This document shows positions 10,792 through 21,232 of a stretch of DNA of 64,000 nt, piece by piece. Position 1 is the first letter of the stretch, and the number at the start of each line of letters is the position of its first letter. A model generated the notes under the pieces. The model ran no database searches. It was not told the origin of the DNA and saw nothing but the letters and a program-made list of their open reading frames with translations. The stretch lies in sequence record MZ422438.1; one strand, 5' to 3'. The position numbers and the translations under genes were made by a program.

Positions 10792-11541
10792 ATGAAAGTT
10801 CCAAATAAGAATATAATAAATGATATTATAGATAAGGAACTAGAAGAAAATAAAACATTTGTAGTAGATACTAATGAATTTGATACTGAGAATATGATCA
10901 ATAGTGTTGTTCCTAGTGAAGAAAAATTTAATAAAGCTATTGAAAAAATTATTCGTAAGTCTAATGAATATCGTAGATATATCGGAATACTGAAAAATAA
11001 TATTGATCTAACTTCTTGTAAATTTTTGAAACGTGTTGATGTTTCTGAAATAAGAAGAGTTAATATTGAAATGCATCATTACCCATTTACTCTCTATGAC
11101 ATCGTATCTATGCATCGAGAACGTATCAAGCAAGATTTAGGTGAATTTTATTCATATGATACATTCACAATTGCAGAAAATATTATGAAAATGCACTATG
11201 AGAATAAAATCGGTATTGTACCTTTATCATATACTGCTCATGAATTAGCTCATTCCGGAAAACTAGTTATTCCTCTTAATAAAGATTATGTCTTTGGTAA
11301 CTGGCAAGAATTAGAAAAAGAAGATATTATTATTACAGATAGTATGCGAAAGCAACTAGAAGTATTAGAACAAATGACAAATAGTATTGAGTCTGGAAGC
11401 CTTAACTCAAACGAAGATCTATTTAGTAATATTCAGACTGTAATCAATATGAAAAGTTCTGGAATACCAAATAAGATTATAAAGGAAAAATCAATCATTG
11501 AGGATATTAATAATCCTGAAACTGATGAAGATATAATATAA
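10792..11541 (+). CDS. Jumbo-phage protein with a His-rich HNH-like motif (paralogue of 57688)
   Basis: EMHHYPFTLYDIV...IGIVPLSYTAHELAHSG. Confidence 0.6.
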   Translation: MKVPNKNIINDIIDKELEENKTFVVDTNEFDTENMINSVVPSEEKFNKAIEKIIRKSNEYRRYIGILKNNIDLTSCKFLKRVDVSEIRRVNIEMHHYPFTLYDIVSMHRERIKQDLGEFYSYDTFTIAENIMKMHYENKIGIVPLSYTAHELAHSGKLVIPLNKDYVFGNWQELEKEDIIITDSMRKQLEVLEQMTNSIESGSLNSNEDLFSNIQTVINMKSSGIPNKIIKEKSIIEDINNPETDEDII

Positions 11542-11546
11542 TAAAA

Positions 11547-11583
11547 ATCCCTTAACGTATAATAATACTATACGTTAAGGGAT
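11547..11583. terminator. Bidirectional hairpin terminator
   Basis: 15-bp perfect inverted repeat ATCCCTTAACGTATA/TATACGTTAAGGGAT between convergent genes. Confidence 0.7.
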
Positions 11584-11594
11584 ATAATGTTATA

Positions 11595-12578
11595 TTATGA
11601 TTTTTTGCCATTAACTTGATCTAATAACTTATATATGAATAATTCTTTATATACTTTCTGATCTCTATTATATTTATCAATAGTTGCTTTTTCATCATCA
11701 GAAATAACTTCTGTACTAAAGTCTTTAACTTTAATAACCATATCTAACTCTGTGTTTAAAGATTCTGATTTTAATACGATATGGAATAAATTTATGAATT
11801 TAGTATTTTCACCTTCAATAAATTCATAATTATCTAATAAAGAAATTTTCTTATCAACATCAGAAGAACTAAATATTTTTCCAAAGAAATCATCAATATA
11901 TTGATTAATTGATAGTTTAATAATTTCTTCTTCACTATAATTTTTATTAGTTGGAATATCCTGAGTGTACCAAATTTTTTGAATTTTATCATGGAGCAAT
12001 ACATTAAATACGCCCGGAGAATTTACCATAATATTGCTAACAACAAAGCTAATACTAAACGTATATACCTTTGGCTTAGTTTCTAATTTATCATCTGAGT
12101 TACATGATCCTTCTGATGAAGTAAAGTTATAAAATGTATTAAATTCTTTTACAAACTGAGCATATAATCTTTCAATAAAATTATCTTCAAAAGGTCCAAA
12201 ATCTGTACTTAATGGAAGTTCAAGGTCTCCACTCTCCATTAAATTAATTGCTTCTTGAATTGATTCAATTAATATATCAATCTTACTATTTACTTCATTA
12301 TCAATACGATCAGTTACACCTTTCGGACCATAGATATTTAACGTCATATATTCATTATTGTTATCATTCTTATTAAGTACGTCATATGTTACACTAGTAA
12401 TAACTTCACAATTACGTGAAAAATCCAATTCTTTATCAGTGATATCATCTAAATCTTTGATATCACCAATAATTCTTAAACTAATAGCATCCTCAATATT
12501 AGGCATCCTAATTCCACATCCATTTCTTTTTATTTGATAATAATTTATTAATAAATAAATATAATTTTTTACATTCAT
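11595..12578 (-). CDS. Hypothetical protein
   Basis: 327-aa ORF; the true start is probably at MPNIED. Confidence 0.7.
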   Translation of the reverse strand: MNVKNYIYLLINYYQIKRNGCGIRMPNIEDAISLRIIGDIKDLDDITDKELDFSRNCEVITSVTYDVLNKNDNNNEYMTLNIYGPKGVTDRIDNEVNSKIDILIESIQEAINLMESGDLELPLSTDFGPFEDNFIERLYAQFVKEFNTFYNFTSSEGSCNSDDKLETKPKVYTFSISFVVSNIMVNSPGVFNVLLHDKIQKIWYTQDIPTNKNYSEEEIIKLSINQYIDDFFGKIFSSSDVDKKISLLDNYEFIEGENTKFINLFHIVLKSESLNTELDMVIKVKDFSTEVISDDEKATIDKYNRDQKVYKELFIYKLLDQVNGKKS

Positions 12579-12589
12579 TTACAAGATTA

Positions 12590-12635
12590 TACATTCCCTA
12601 TAACTATGATATATTCAATAGTTATAGGGAATGTA
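12590..12635 (-). terminator. Hairpin terminator
   Basis: 18-bp perfect inverted repeat TACATTCCCTATAACTAT/ATAGTTATAGGGAATGTA. Confidence 0.65.
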
Positions 12636-12646
12636 TTTATAATTAA

Positions 12647-12865
12647 TTAGTGCATTGTATTAATATATTGTATATACGATGAAGCGTTATCCTTTATTAC
12701 ATTATCATGTTGTCTTATTTCATATTTCGTTAACATGATATTAATGAAGATATAAGTTATAATAAAGAATATATAACTAAGTATTAATAGTTTTAATAAT
12801 AGTTTATTTTTAGTTCGATTATCTTGGTTTTCATCAGTATCTATATTTTTTCTTAAATTCTTCAT
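12647..12865 (-). CDS. Small single-pass membrane protein
   Basis: 72 aa with one hydrophobic helix; RBS GGGGA. Confidence 0.6.
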   Translation of the reverse strand: MKNLRKNIDTDENQDNRTKNKLLLKLLILSYIFFIITYIFINIMLTKYEIRQHDNVIKDNASSYIQYINTMH

Positions 12866-12936
12866 TAAAAAGTCCCCCTTTTATTCTATATATTATATTG
12901 TTTTTTAATAAAAGCGTAATAAACGAATATATAGAC

Positions 12937-12949
12937 ATATATTATAATT
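12937..12949 (+). promoter_or_regulatory. Early-type promoter element ATATATTATAATT
   Basis: Identical 13-mer at 3152, 12937, 58322 (+) and 37942 (-), each upstream of a gene start. Confidence 0.5.
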
Positions 12950-12992
12950 ATGATAAAATAATAAATAATATAAAGAAAAGGATGATATTATA

Positions 12993-13133
12993 ATGAAAAA
13001 ATTTGTACAAGTATTATTAGTAGGAGTTCTATTAGCAGTAGCAGTAACAATTGTAACTATTAACGTTACAGAAAGTAATAACGGTACAATGCAAAAAGAA
13101 TTATTACCAAAAGTAATTTTAAATAGACAATAG
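12993..13133 (+). CDS. 46-aa signal-peptide-bearing small protein (Phr/AimP-like propeptide architecture)
   Basis: Not in the ORF track: MKKFVQVLLVGVLLAVAVTIVTINVTESNNGTMQKELLPKVILNRQ, with RBS AAAGGA, its own promoter element and a terminator. Confidence 0.75.
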   Translation: MKKFVQVLLVGVLLAVAVTIVTINVTESNNGTMQKELLPKVILNRQ

Positions 13134-13165
13134 TATAATTACTACTATTGTCTATTTTTTTTTTT
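13121..13165 (+). terminator. Rho-independent terminator of the peptide gene
   Basis: AAATAGACAATAGT/ACTATTGTCTATTT stem followed by a T-run. Confidence 0.7.
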
Positions 13166-13314
13166 AGTTGATTAAGAATATTTTATCATAATCTAGATTA
13201 TCGTTGAATTCTAAAAAGAAGTCCCCAACATTACTTACTGTACATTTTCTAATAGAAGATACTCCTTCATCTATTGGTGTAGTCTTATTTACTTCTAGCT
13301 CCATACTATTATCA

Positions 13315-13596
13315 CTATAAACTCAGGATAGATATTTTCCAAGAATAGATAACTTCTACATTTTCTTCATTTAATACTTTTTGTATCATGTATAAGTGAT
13401 ATATATTGTCATCATCCCTCTTCATATCGTTTGGGAAGATGTATCCAATAGTTTTATCATTCTTATCAAAATAAAAATTTTCCACAATAAATTCTTTGAC
13501 AAGATTAGTATTCAGTAATTCAATAGCGTTATTTAAGAAATCTTGTCTAAATAAACCTAAATTATGAATATTGATTTCTAGCATATTATAATCCAC
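13315..13596 (-). CDS. Hypothetical protein
   Basis: 93-aa ORF with RBS. Confidence 0.55.
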   Translation of the reverse strand: MDYNMLEINIHNLGLFRQDFLNNAIELLNTNLVKEFIVENFYFDKNDKTIGYIFPNDMKRDDDNIYHLYMIQKVLNEENVEVIYSWKISILSL

Positions 13597-13614
13597 ACCT
13601 TTTTCTTTTTTCTT

Positions 13615-14028
13615 TTAAGATATTAATTCATTATTAAGATAAATGTTTACACTAAAGTCATCTTTAGAAGTATTATTTATTTCTAACGTAATAATGTAAT
13701 CATTGTTAGCACTATAAAAGATGTATTCTTTTATATACCTAAAATTATGTTGTTTATCAATAAATGAATCAATCGTGTTTGATGTAATATCCCCCTTATA
13801 ATCTTTGATATAATTCTTATCAAAATATATTTTTGCTTTATATATCTTTTCTTTAATATATTCAAAAGATTCTTTGTTATCTGCAGTAATTGTAACTTGA
13901 TTATTTAGAAATTTGTTATAATCAATATTAAGTATATTTACTTCATTATGATTATAACAAACGTTCCATGCAGTAAATATTTCTTTTGAAATAAACTCAA
14001 AAATATTATTATCCCCACTGTTATTCAT
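13615..14028 (-). CDS. Hypothetical protein
   Basis: 137-aa ORF with RBS GGGGG. Confidence 0.65.
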   Translation of the reverse strand: MNNSGDNNIFEFISKEIFTAWNVCYNHNEVNILNIDYNKFLNNQVTITADNKESFEYIKEKIYKAKIYFDKNYIKDYKGDITSNTIDSFIDKQHNFRYIKEYIFYSANNDYIITLEINNTSKDDFSVNIYLNNELIS

Positions 14029-14147
14029 AATAAATTTCCCCCGATATATTTATTTGATATAGTAAGTTTTATTCTAATATTTATTTAAGTTTATAATGAT
14101 ATATTATAGATATGGCAAATATATAATATATATTTTAATTTTTCATT

Positions 14148-14159
14148 AACAATATTTTA
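14148..14159 (+). promoter_or_regulatory. AR9-type late promoter AACA-N6-TA
   Basis: AACA ATATTT TA, 22 nt before ATG 14181. Confidence 0.5.
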
Positions 14160-14180
14160 AGGAATAAGGAGTGCTGATTA

Positions 14181-14687
14181 ATGTATAGATATATACGTAC
14201 AAACGGTTCTATGCGAAATAAATTGAAAGAAATGAATATTGATAAGAATGACAGTATCTTTGAAAATACTGTTAAGATTATTAATGAATTAATAAATCAT
14301 TTCTATTCAATAAGTGAAGTATTTAACTTCATAGAAAAAGAAAATATTCATATCAATAATGAAGTGATGCAATATTTAAGTTCTGATGAATTTTATAAAT
14401 CTGCATATACTTCGAAAATAATGATGAAGAATCATATGTCTAAACATTCATTTATTCGCATGATAAAAAATGAATTGTGTTATCGTAATATTAGTTTTAT
14501 TTTTAATGATTCATTATTTACTAATGATGATATTGCCACGATAATAGTTAGGAATGATCTAGCTGAAATACCATTTGATATTATGGTTAAGGAAAATCCA
14601 TTAAGCTTGAAAGATTTTAAGAAGACTTTAAGATATAATAATTTAAATGATCATGAAAAATCTATTTTAGAATTACGTAATATTTAA
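14181..14687 (+). CDS. Hypothetical protein ending in ELRNI
   Basis: 168 aa; RBS AAGGAG; shared C-terminal motif. Confidence 0.75.
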   Translation: MYRYIRTNGSMRNKLKEMNIDKNDSIFENTVKIINELINHFYSISEVFNFIEKENIHINNEVMQYLSSDEFYKSAYTSKIMMKNHMSKHSFIRMIKNELCYRNISFIFNDSLFTNDDIATIIVRNDLAEIPFDIMVKENPLSLKDFKKTLRYNNLNDHEKSILELRNI

Positions 14688-14700
14688 ATTTATTAAGAAA

Positions 14701-14742
14701 AAAAAAAGATAACTATTGTAATTTTAATAGTTATCTTTTTTT
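14701..14742. terminator. Bidirectional terminator
   Basis: A7-GATAACTATT/AATAGTTATC-T7 inverted repeat between convergent genes. Confidence 0.7.
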
Positions 14743-14759
14743 CGGATCATAGAAATATT

Positions 14760-15764
14760 TTATATATTATATAGGATAATCATATTATATATCTTTAATG
14801 ATGATAATCTGTTGGCTAATTCTGGACTTCTTTTCTCTAATGAATAGATATCGATAGCTTCAATAAGATTAATTACTTTAATAAATCCTAGATTTCGATA
14901 TCTTTTATTTATTAAAACAAAATTAAGTAATTCTATGAATTGTATTAATCTTTCAGCATGATACAACGATTTTATTTTATATTTTTCTTCAACATCAGCG
15001 AGATCTAATCCATATTCTTTGTAGTAATTTTTCTTTAATAGCGGCTTCATCCTACGTATCATGATACTAATATATCTATTAAGTTCATTATAGGTAGTTT
15101 TAGTATTCTTATACACTGCCATTTTATGAGTTTTAAAGTAGTTATATAAGTAATCTATTATATCATTAAAGAAATATTCGTTTGCATAAATAATCTTTAT
15201 AAAACTAGACTTTGGCATAATAATATCTAATATTTTAGGGTTAATCGTAATCCGAGTATTTTCAACCCTTGATAAGAATTTAATATATGTTTCAGTTATA
15301 AATTTATATACAACTTCTGATTCAATATTAAACTTTTCACAAAAATTACATATGACATCATTGATATCATACTTATTATCACAACAGAAGACGTAAGACG
15401 AAATTGTATACAATAATATATATTCAGTATTATTATTATTACTATGACTAATATTATCATATAAATCACTTATCATGATCATCATATTTTCAGGTTTAAT
15501 ATCATATAAATAGAATATATTTTGATAGTATGATAATATTTGTTGACTTTTACGTTTATTATTCTTTAATAAGTACGTAATAATATTCATAGGTAATAAT
15601 GTAACCGATTCCGTATCTTTTTTATCTAATGCCCTATTATTACCTAAGTATGATAAGATATCGATAATATCACCAAAGTTAGAAATATCATTGTATATAT
15701 CTAGTATACTTTCAATGTTTTCATTTAATGACATTGGTTGTAATTTATATTTATACGTTATCAT
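14760..15764 (-). CDS. Hypothetical helical protein ending in LYNI
   Basis: 334-aa ORF. Confidence 0.75.
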   Translation of the reverse strand: MITYKYKLQPMSLNENIESILDIYNDISNFGDIIDILSYLGNNRALDKKDTESVTLLPMNIITYLLKNNKRKSQQILSYYQNIFYLYDIKPENMMIMISDLYDNISHSNNNNTEYILLYTISSYVFCCDNKYDINDVICNFCEKFNIESEVVYKFITETYIKFLSRVENTRITINPKILDIIMPKSSFIKIIYANEYFFNDIIDYLYNYFKTHKMAVYKNTKTTYNELNRYISIMIRRMKPLLKKNYYKEYGLDLADVEEKYKIKSLYHAERLIQFIELLNFVLINKRYRNLGFIKVINLIEAIDIYSLEKRSPELANRLSSLKIYNMIILYNI

Positions 15765-16696
15765 AATTTGTCACCTGTATTCTTTTCAATGATATTTCTA
15801 ATTTTATTATTAGTATATTCATCATTTGAGTAAATTCTAGGTAATATCTTTGGTTTATTCTTATTAGAAGGAAGATTATCAATTATTGAAAAAATTGATA
15901 TTACTTTATTAATAATATTTATAATATTGGTATTTTTAGATTTCAATAACTTATTAATGTCATATGATAATAATTCATTATCACTATCAAACTTCTTATA
16001 GAATGTAAAACCGTACATATTAATATTATTTTCTAGTAATATTAACGTATCCATAATATTATTATATCTTACGTCATCCAATTTATCTGAATACTCCGTT
16101 CTCATAACAAAGCTTATTACTTTAACAATAAAATCAACTACGTTATATTTATTTTTATATCTACGATATATTCTAGGATAATTGAATATAGAATTGATAA
16201 AAGTTGTATCTTTATACGTTATATAGGATACTGATATAGAAGGGTCTCCGGTATCAATAATTCTAGTAATATTTTCATATTCATCATCAATTATATTATC
16301 ATTGTTAAGATATTTTAACAATATATATTCAATATATAGTAAATTCATATTTAAAAAAGGATCTAATATACATTGAATTTCATTAAAATTTTTAATATTT
16401 ATATCATATCCCTCATACATTATAATATTTTCGATAAACCTTGATTTTTCAGTGCGAGAATAATCTTTAATTTTACAAATATTATTTTTTGTTAAGAGAC
16501 ATTTATACTTCATTGTATTGTTATTAATAACCATATCCCTAAAAATTTCTTTTGTATCTTTTGTAGGTTGATCTACATATTTAGAAAATTTACGATTAAA
16601 ATCAATTGTATCCCTTAATGATTTTGGATTATAGGTTCGTGAATTAATTTCTAAATATTCTTGAATGTCTGTATTAATTGATATACTATTTGTCAC
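15761..16696 (-). CDS. Hypothetical protein
   Basis: 311-aa ORF, translationally coupled to the next gene. Confidence 0.75.
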   Translation of the reverse strand: MTNSISINTDIQEYLEINSRTYNPKSLRDTIDFNRKFSKYVDQPTKDTKEIFRDMVINNNTMKYKCLLTKNNICKIKDYSRTEKSRFIENIIMYEGYDINIKNFNEIQCILDPFLNMNLLYIEYILLKYLNNDNIIDDEYENITRIIDTGDPSISVSYITYKDTTFINSIFNYPRIYRRYKNKYNVVDFIVKVISFVMRTEYSDKLDDVRYNNIMDTLILLENNINMYGFTFYKKFDSDNELLSYDINKLLKSKNTNIINIINKVISIFSIIDNLPSNKNKPKILPRIYSNDEYTNNKIRNIIEKNTGDKL

Positions 16697-16719
16697 GCTA
16701 TATCACGTCCTATCATTTA

Positions 16720-17724
16720 TTATATGCTTAACAAATTAATTCGGCTTTTCATTAACTTACATAATTCATCTATTCGTTTAATATTATTAAGAGTGTTCTT
16801 TCTTATTAATGAATTATGATTATCCGCACTAACATTATCTTCATATCTTCTAAATAATTCATAATTATTATTAGTATAATCTATAGAATCCAAAATTTTA
16901 ATACGTGCATTATTTTTTACGCTAGTCATTTTATTATTATTAAAATTAATATATAAGTTTAATAATTCAAAAATAATGGATATTCTATCAATACTGCTTT
17001 CAAATAATATTAGATCATCTTTATTGTTAAAATTAAGATATCTAGATATTCTTAATGCACTATGAGGGTCTATTCCGATAATACTGTTAATTGCTTTTTT
17101 ACTATTAAGTATTATATCTTTCTGATTATCTGTAAAAAATTTAGAATAACCACTACCATATATTGTATTGAATATTTTAGCCATTGATGATTTACTAATA
17201 AATTTTTTAAAATGTTTATCATCAATATCTCTAACGCCATATATCGCACAGAATAGATTGGTTGAATATAGATTCATTTTGTCAATCATAGTTAAATATT
17301 CATTATCTGTAATTGTAGAAGATTCTGAAATGCATGTTTTAAACTTTTCAGATATCCTATTTCTTATACCGAAGTCAGGATCATCGTCATTGGATATATT
17401 GTTATATGTGTCAAATAGTCTAAAAATAATTTTTCTAATGTATGAAGAGTTTATTTGTAAATTACTACTAGTATACTTATACTTCTTACTAGATGGTGAT
17501 ATAATAAAGTCAATTAAATCGTCAAACAGTACACTATACATGGAATTATTATTGATAAATGAATCATATAATTTGTCAATATTCTTCTTAGTAATTATAT
17601 AATTACTATAATTCATACTTCTTTTCGTATATATATGATTAATATTAACATATTGAGTATTATCCATAAAAGTACTAAACAGTTTATTGTATATTACGCT
17701 TGACCTAATACTATATTTAAACAT
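16720..17724 (-). CDS. Hypothetical protein ending in LLSI
   Basis: 334-aa ORF. Confidence 0.75.
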   Translation of the reverse strand: MFKYSIRSSVIYNKLFSTFMDNTQYVNINHIYTKRSMNYSNYIITKKNIDKLYDSFINNNSMYSVLFDDLIDFIISPSSKKYKYTSSNLQINSSYIRKIIFRLFDTYNNISNDDDPDFGIRNRISEKFKTCISESSTITDNEYLTMIDKMNLYSTNLFCAIYGVRDIDDKHFKKFISKSSMAKIFNTIYGSGYSKFFTDNQKDIILNSKKAINSIIGIDPHSALRISRYLNFNNKDDLILFESSIDRISIIFELLNLYINFNNNKMTSVKNNARIKILDSIDYTNNNYELFRRYEDNVSADNHNSLIRKNTLNNIKRIDELCKLMKSRINLLSI

Positions 17725-17738
17725 AATGTAATCCTTTC

Positions 17739-18212
17739 TTAAATATTAATGTCCTTAATATAATGACGTAATAATTCCTCGGATATTCCTAGTTCCTTAG
17801 ACATTACTTCAATAGGTTTGTTAAGATTCTTTTCAATATAGTCTGTTATATATTGTTCTGAACTACGTGAATTACCTACCTTAATATCAGTAGTACTTAA
17901 TGGCATTTTAAACCCAATAGTTCTTGGGTTAGTAATTTTTTCATATTCGGGAACTGGATCATTCTTAATAATATGGTCTGGTAGTTTCATATTATGTTTT
18001 TCTAGGCTACAATTATCCAATCTTTTAAGTTTATCTAATGATTCATTAGTAATGATAATCATTAGATCGTTTCTACTTAGGTCTACTGACATTTCTTTCA
18101 CATTTTCATCATAAAGTAGTGTAGACATATGACTAATAATATCATGTGAATTTTCCAATGTAATATTTTGATCCATATATTTTCTAATATATTCGACTAA
18201 TTTTTTCTGCAT
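17739..18212 (-). CDS. Hypothetical protein with a C-terminal HTH
   Basis: KPIEVMSKELGISEELLRHYI is HTH-like. Confidence 0.55.
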   Translation of the reverse strand: MQKKLVEYIRKYMDQNITLENSHDIISHMSTLLYDENVKEMSVDLSRNDLMIIITNESLDKLKRLDNCSLEKHNMKLPDHIIKNDPVPEYEKITNPRTIGFKMPLSTTDIKVGNSRSSEQYITDYIEKNLNKPIEVMSKELGISEELLRHYIKDINI

Positions 18213-18264
18213 ATTCCGATTCCACCAATCTATATTATTTATTAGAGATTATACGTATATCCAT

Positions 18265-18576
18265 TCAATTGTTAGGTTGTTTAGAATTACCTTCATTTAG
18301 TTTTATATTTAATACATATTGAATATTGTTTCCTTTATTAAATTTAATGTAATACTTAGTCATATCACCAGTAGTATTATTAATAAGTCTAATTGAATAG
18401 GATTTCTTACTATGTTTATTAATATGAGTATATAGATTATCTTCATCCTCTATAATGATATTCTTTTCTGTAAAGTAATCTAATATAGATTCTATTCGTT
18501 TTAATTTATTCATCCTTATCGATAATAATATCGATAAGGATGAGAATAATATAGTTAACATGATAAATATAATCAT
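18265..18576 (-). CDS. N-anchored membrane protein
   Basis: N-terminal TM helix; 103 aa. Confidence 0.6.
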   Translation of the reverse strand: MIIFIMLTILFSSLSILLSIRMNKLKRIESILDYFTEKNIIIEDEDNLYTHINKHSKKSYSIRLINNTTGDMTKYYIKFNKGNNIQYVLNIKLNEGNSKQPNN

Positions 18577-18893
18577 ATATCCATCGTTCCTTCCATATCT
18601 ATTTTATGGACATTCATTAAAGTAATATCATACTTTTTAACTTCAATATCAATTGCAGTATAGTTTACCATAAATGTATATCGATTCTTTCCAATTTTAC
18701 TAAGACTATTATATATCTGGATTGAATATTCACGGATATTTGGAGAAGTTATTATATTCGTATTCATTTTATTATCATATTCAGTTAATTTATCAATAAT
18801 TGAGTATGATAACATGATTTTTTTATGTACAATAGATCTGTACACTATTGAGACTATAAAGATTATAATCATAATCGATAATAATAATATCAT
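18573..18893 (-). CDS. N-anchored membrane protein
   Basis: N-terminal TM helix; 106 aa. Confidence 0.6.
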   Translation of the reverse strand: MILLLSIMIIIFIVSIVYRSIVHKKIMLSYSIIDKLTEYDNKMNTNIITSPNIREYSIQIYNSLSKIGKNRYTFMVNYTAIDIEVKKYDITLMNVHKIDMEGTMDI

Positions 18894-18917
18894 TTAAACA
18901 TCCTTTCTTATATAGAT

Positions 18918-19292
18918 TTATTTAATTTTTTGATTACTGATATACACAACTTCTTTAAAGTCTTCATCATATACTAATTCAAATTTATCGTTATTGTAGA
19001 AAAAAGTGTATGTATTATGAGTCCTATTTAAAGATCTTTCACAGTGATATAACAGATCTTTAAATACATTTTCCGGATTTACATAAGATTCCTCCATAAC
19101 ATTTTCATATCCAGAAAGAATTAAATAATTTCTAATGTCTGGATAGACTTTTTCCTTAAGAAACTTTGGATCCATTCTTTTTCTAAATTCAGCCCCAAGA
19201 ATATAATCATTTATAGAATCCATTATCTTATCAATAATTAAAAATCCGATTAACACTAAAAGTAATACTCCTACAATATTAAATAATAACAT
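18918..19292 (-). CDS. N-anchored membrane protein
   Basis: N-terminal TM helix; 124 aa. Confidence 0.6.
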   Translation of the reverse strand: MLLFNIVGVLLLVLIGFLIIDKIMDSINDYILGAEFRKRMDPKFLKEKVYPDIRNYLILSGYENVMEESYVNPENVFKDLLYHCERSLNRTHNTYTFFYNNDKFELVYDEDFKEVVYISNQKIK

Positions 19293-19591
19293 AAATTTAT
19301 CACTATCCTTTTCTTTTTATATATATATAAAAATCGATATCACTCCATTATAGTAACAATTATTGGAGTGATATCGATTTAATTTTAAGTTATATACTAA
19401 GAATTATTTCGTGAGATAAATATTTCTTAGTATAATGAAATAAACATGCTTTAGACTAATAATAAGATAAATTGTCAAGGGGAATTTGATCTTTATACAT
19501 TATTTTCATTTAATAACAAGTTTATTTATAATTCTAATTATTATATCAGAATTATAATATATTATTAAAATGTAACTATAAATTTTTATAA

Positions 19592-20476
19592 TTATACATT
19601 GATAATCATATCTACATTAATATTTTTCTGTTGAATCATTAGATTAGAATTCTTTAATGTATTATTAATTTTATTAATATTTAGGTTATCCGACTCAATA
19701 TATTTGTTGATAAATACATCAATGTATGCTTTTGGATTATTCATTGAATTAATAATCGTATCTTCCATATTATCAATAGGTTTAGGAGATATGACCATAT
19801 TGATAATAGATGACATTTCATTAGTCATTCCCGCTTCAATAGTAATCTTATCAAATATATTTTTTTCATCTTTCCATAAGGTATTATCAATATTCATTTT
19901 ATTAATATTGAATTCTTCTAAAATGAAACAATTGTTTTCTAATACATCTTTTATTTCATGAGTTAGAGTGATAACGTTTCTTAACCAAAAGGAACACTGT
20001 TTATTAAGTTCTTCTAGAATTACATTCTTTTGAGATATATTTTCCCTTAATTCATCAATATCCTTGGTGTAGTTATCATATCTATTTTTATATAAATTAT
20101 ATTCATCCATATTGGATTCTTCTAATTTTATATCCATAATTTCAGAAACAGCATTTTTTGCATCTATAAATTTAGATATCAATTTTTCAGATCGATTAAT
20201 AGTGAAACCATTAAAATATTCTTTTGCCTTACTATTAATACATAAATATGTATCATATAGGAAATTAATAGTTTTTTGTCTATTTTCCCTTAGCGTATTA
20301 AGATCTTTGTTATTCAATGATTTTCTAAATTTAACTGCTAATTCATAATCATTATCGATATTTGTACCTTCAGTGCTGATGATATTATAATAAGTAGTAG
20401 TATTCTTTTTTAAAGGTTTATTGATAATATTTAACTGAAATGTTCTAATTTCCTTCATACTTACTCCCACCACCAT
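19592..20476 (-). CDS. Coiled-coil hypothetical protein
   Basis: 294 aa with a heptad-rich central region. Confidence 0.7.
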   Translation of the reverse strand: MVVGVSMKEIRTFQLNIINKPLKKNTTTYYNIISTEGTNIDNDYELAVKFRKSLNNKDLNTLRENRQKTINFLYDTYLCINSKAKEYFNGFTINRSEKLISKFIDAKNAVSEIMDIKLEESNMDEYNLYKNRYDNYTKDIDELRENISQKNVILEELNKQCSFWLRNVITLTHEIKDVLENNCFILEEFNINKMNIDNTLWKDEKNIFDKITIEAGMTNEMSSIINMVISPKPIDNMEDTIINSMNNPKAYIDVFINKYIESDNLNINKINNTLKNSNLMIQQKNINVDMIINV

Positions 20477-20482
20477 TATTAT

Positions 20483-21121
20483 CTAAATATTTATCATACT
20501 AATAATATTATCTAATTTTTCACTTTTAACAATATTTTCATTTAATACTAAAACATCATTTATATATGGAAAACATTCTGTAATGTGTTTAATTATAAAT
20601 TCTGACGTAATAGATCTTTGATTCATTAGTACTTCTTTATGATTTAATTTATACCAGTATATTTCAATAAAGTCAATTGACAACTTTTGTCTTCTTGATA
20701 TAATATCCCAACAATCATCATCAATATATACTGATATAAGTTCATATAGCGTTTTTTCATCAAGATTAGCATAATAGATATTCTTCTTCATATATTGGGA
20801 AAACTTTATTAAGAATTCCTTACTATAGTTACAATGCATAACAATATGACTATCCCAAGGAATAAAATCTATATTTTGAGAGTATTCTTCAATTGTCATG
20901 TGTTTGTATATACTATGATCAATATATTCCCAAAATATTTTAGTTTGGTTTTTAGTAATAAATTTCATATACATTTTATTATATTTCACCCGATAACTAA
21001 ATCTAAACCATTCAGGATCATTTATATCTTCTTTTTTAGTCATATCAAGATTAAATAAGACCCCAATAAATAATCTTAGTTGATTTATAAATCGACCTTT
21101 ATACGTGTCCATTATATTCAA
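20483..21121 (-). CDS. Protein with degenerate Trp repeats
   Basis: CWDIISRRQKLSIDFIEIYWYKLN matches the 22-aa repeat; ends in MINI. Confidence 0.7.
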   Translation of the reverse strand: MNIMDTYKGRFINQLRLFIGVLFNLDMTKKEDINDPEWFRFSYRVKYNKMYMKFITKNQTKIFWEYIDHSIYKHMTIEEYSQNIDFIPWDSHIVMHCNYSKEFLIKFSQYMKKNIYYANLDEKTLYELISVYIDDDCWDIISRRQKLSIDFIEIYWYKLNHKEVLMNQRSITSEFIIKHITECFPYINDVLVLNENIVKSEKLDNIISMINI

Positions 21122-21232
21122 GTTATTCTTTTCCTTTCTTAATATAATTATATTCCATTTATATATTAACTATTTATTTTATACATATTAAAACCCAATA
21201 GATATATAGTAAATATCTATTGGGTTAGTGTT

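Noticed and set aside
19455-19490. Host sigmaA-type promoter TTGACA-N17-TCTAAA on the minus strand
   Set aside because: The -10 box matches only 4/6 and is far from the next start; a single case in AT-rich DNA.
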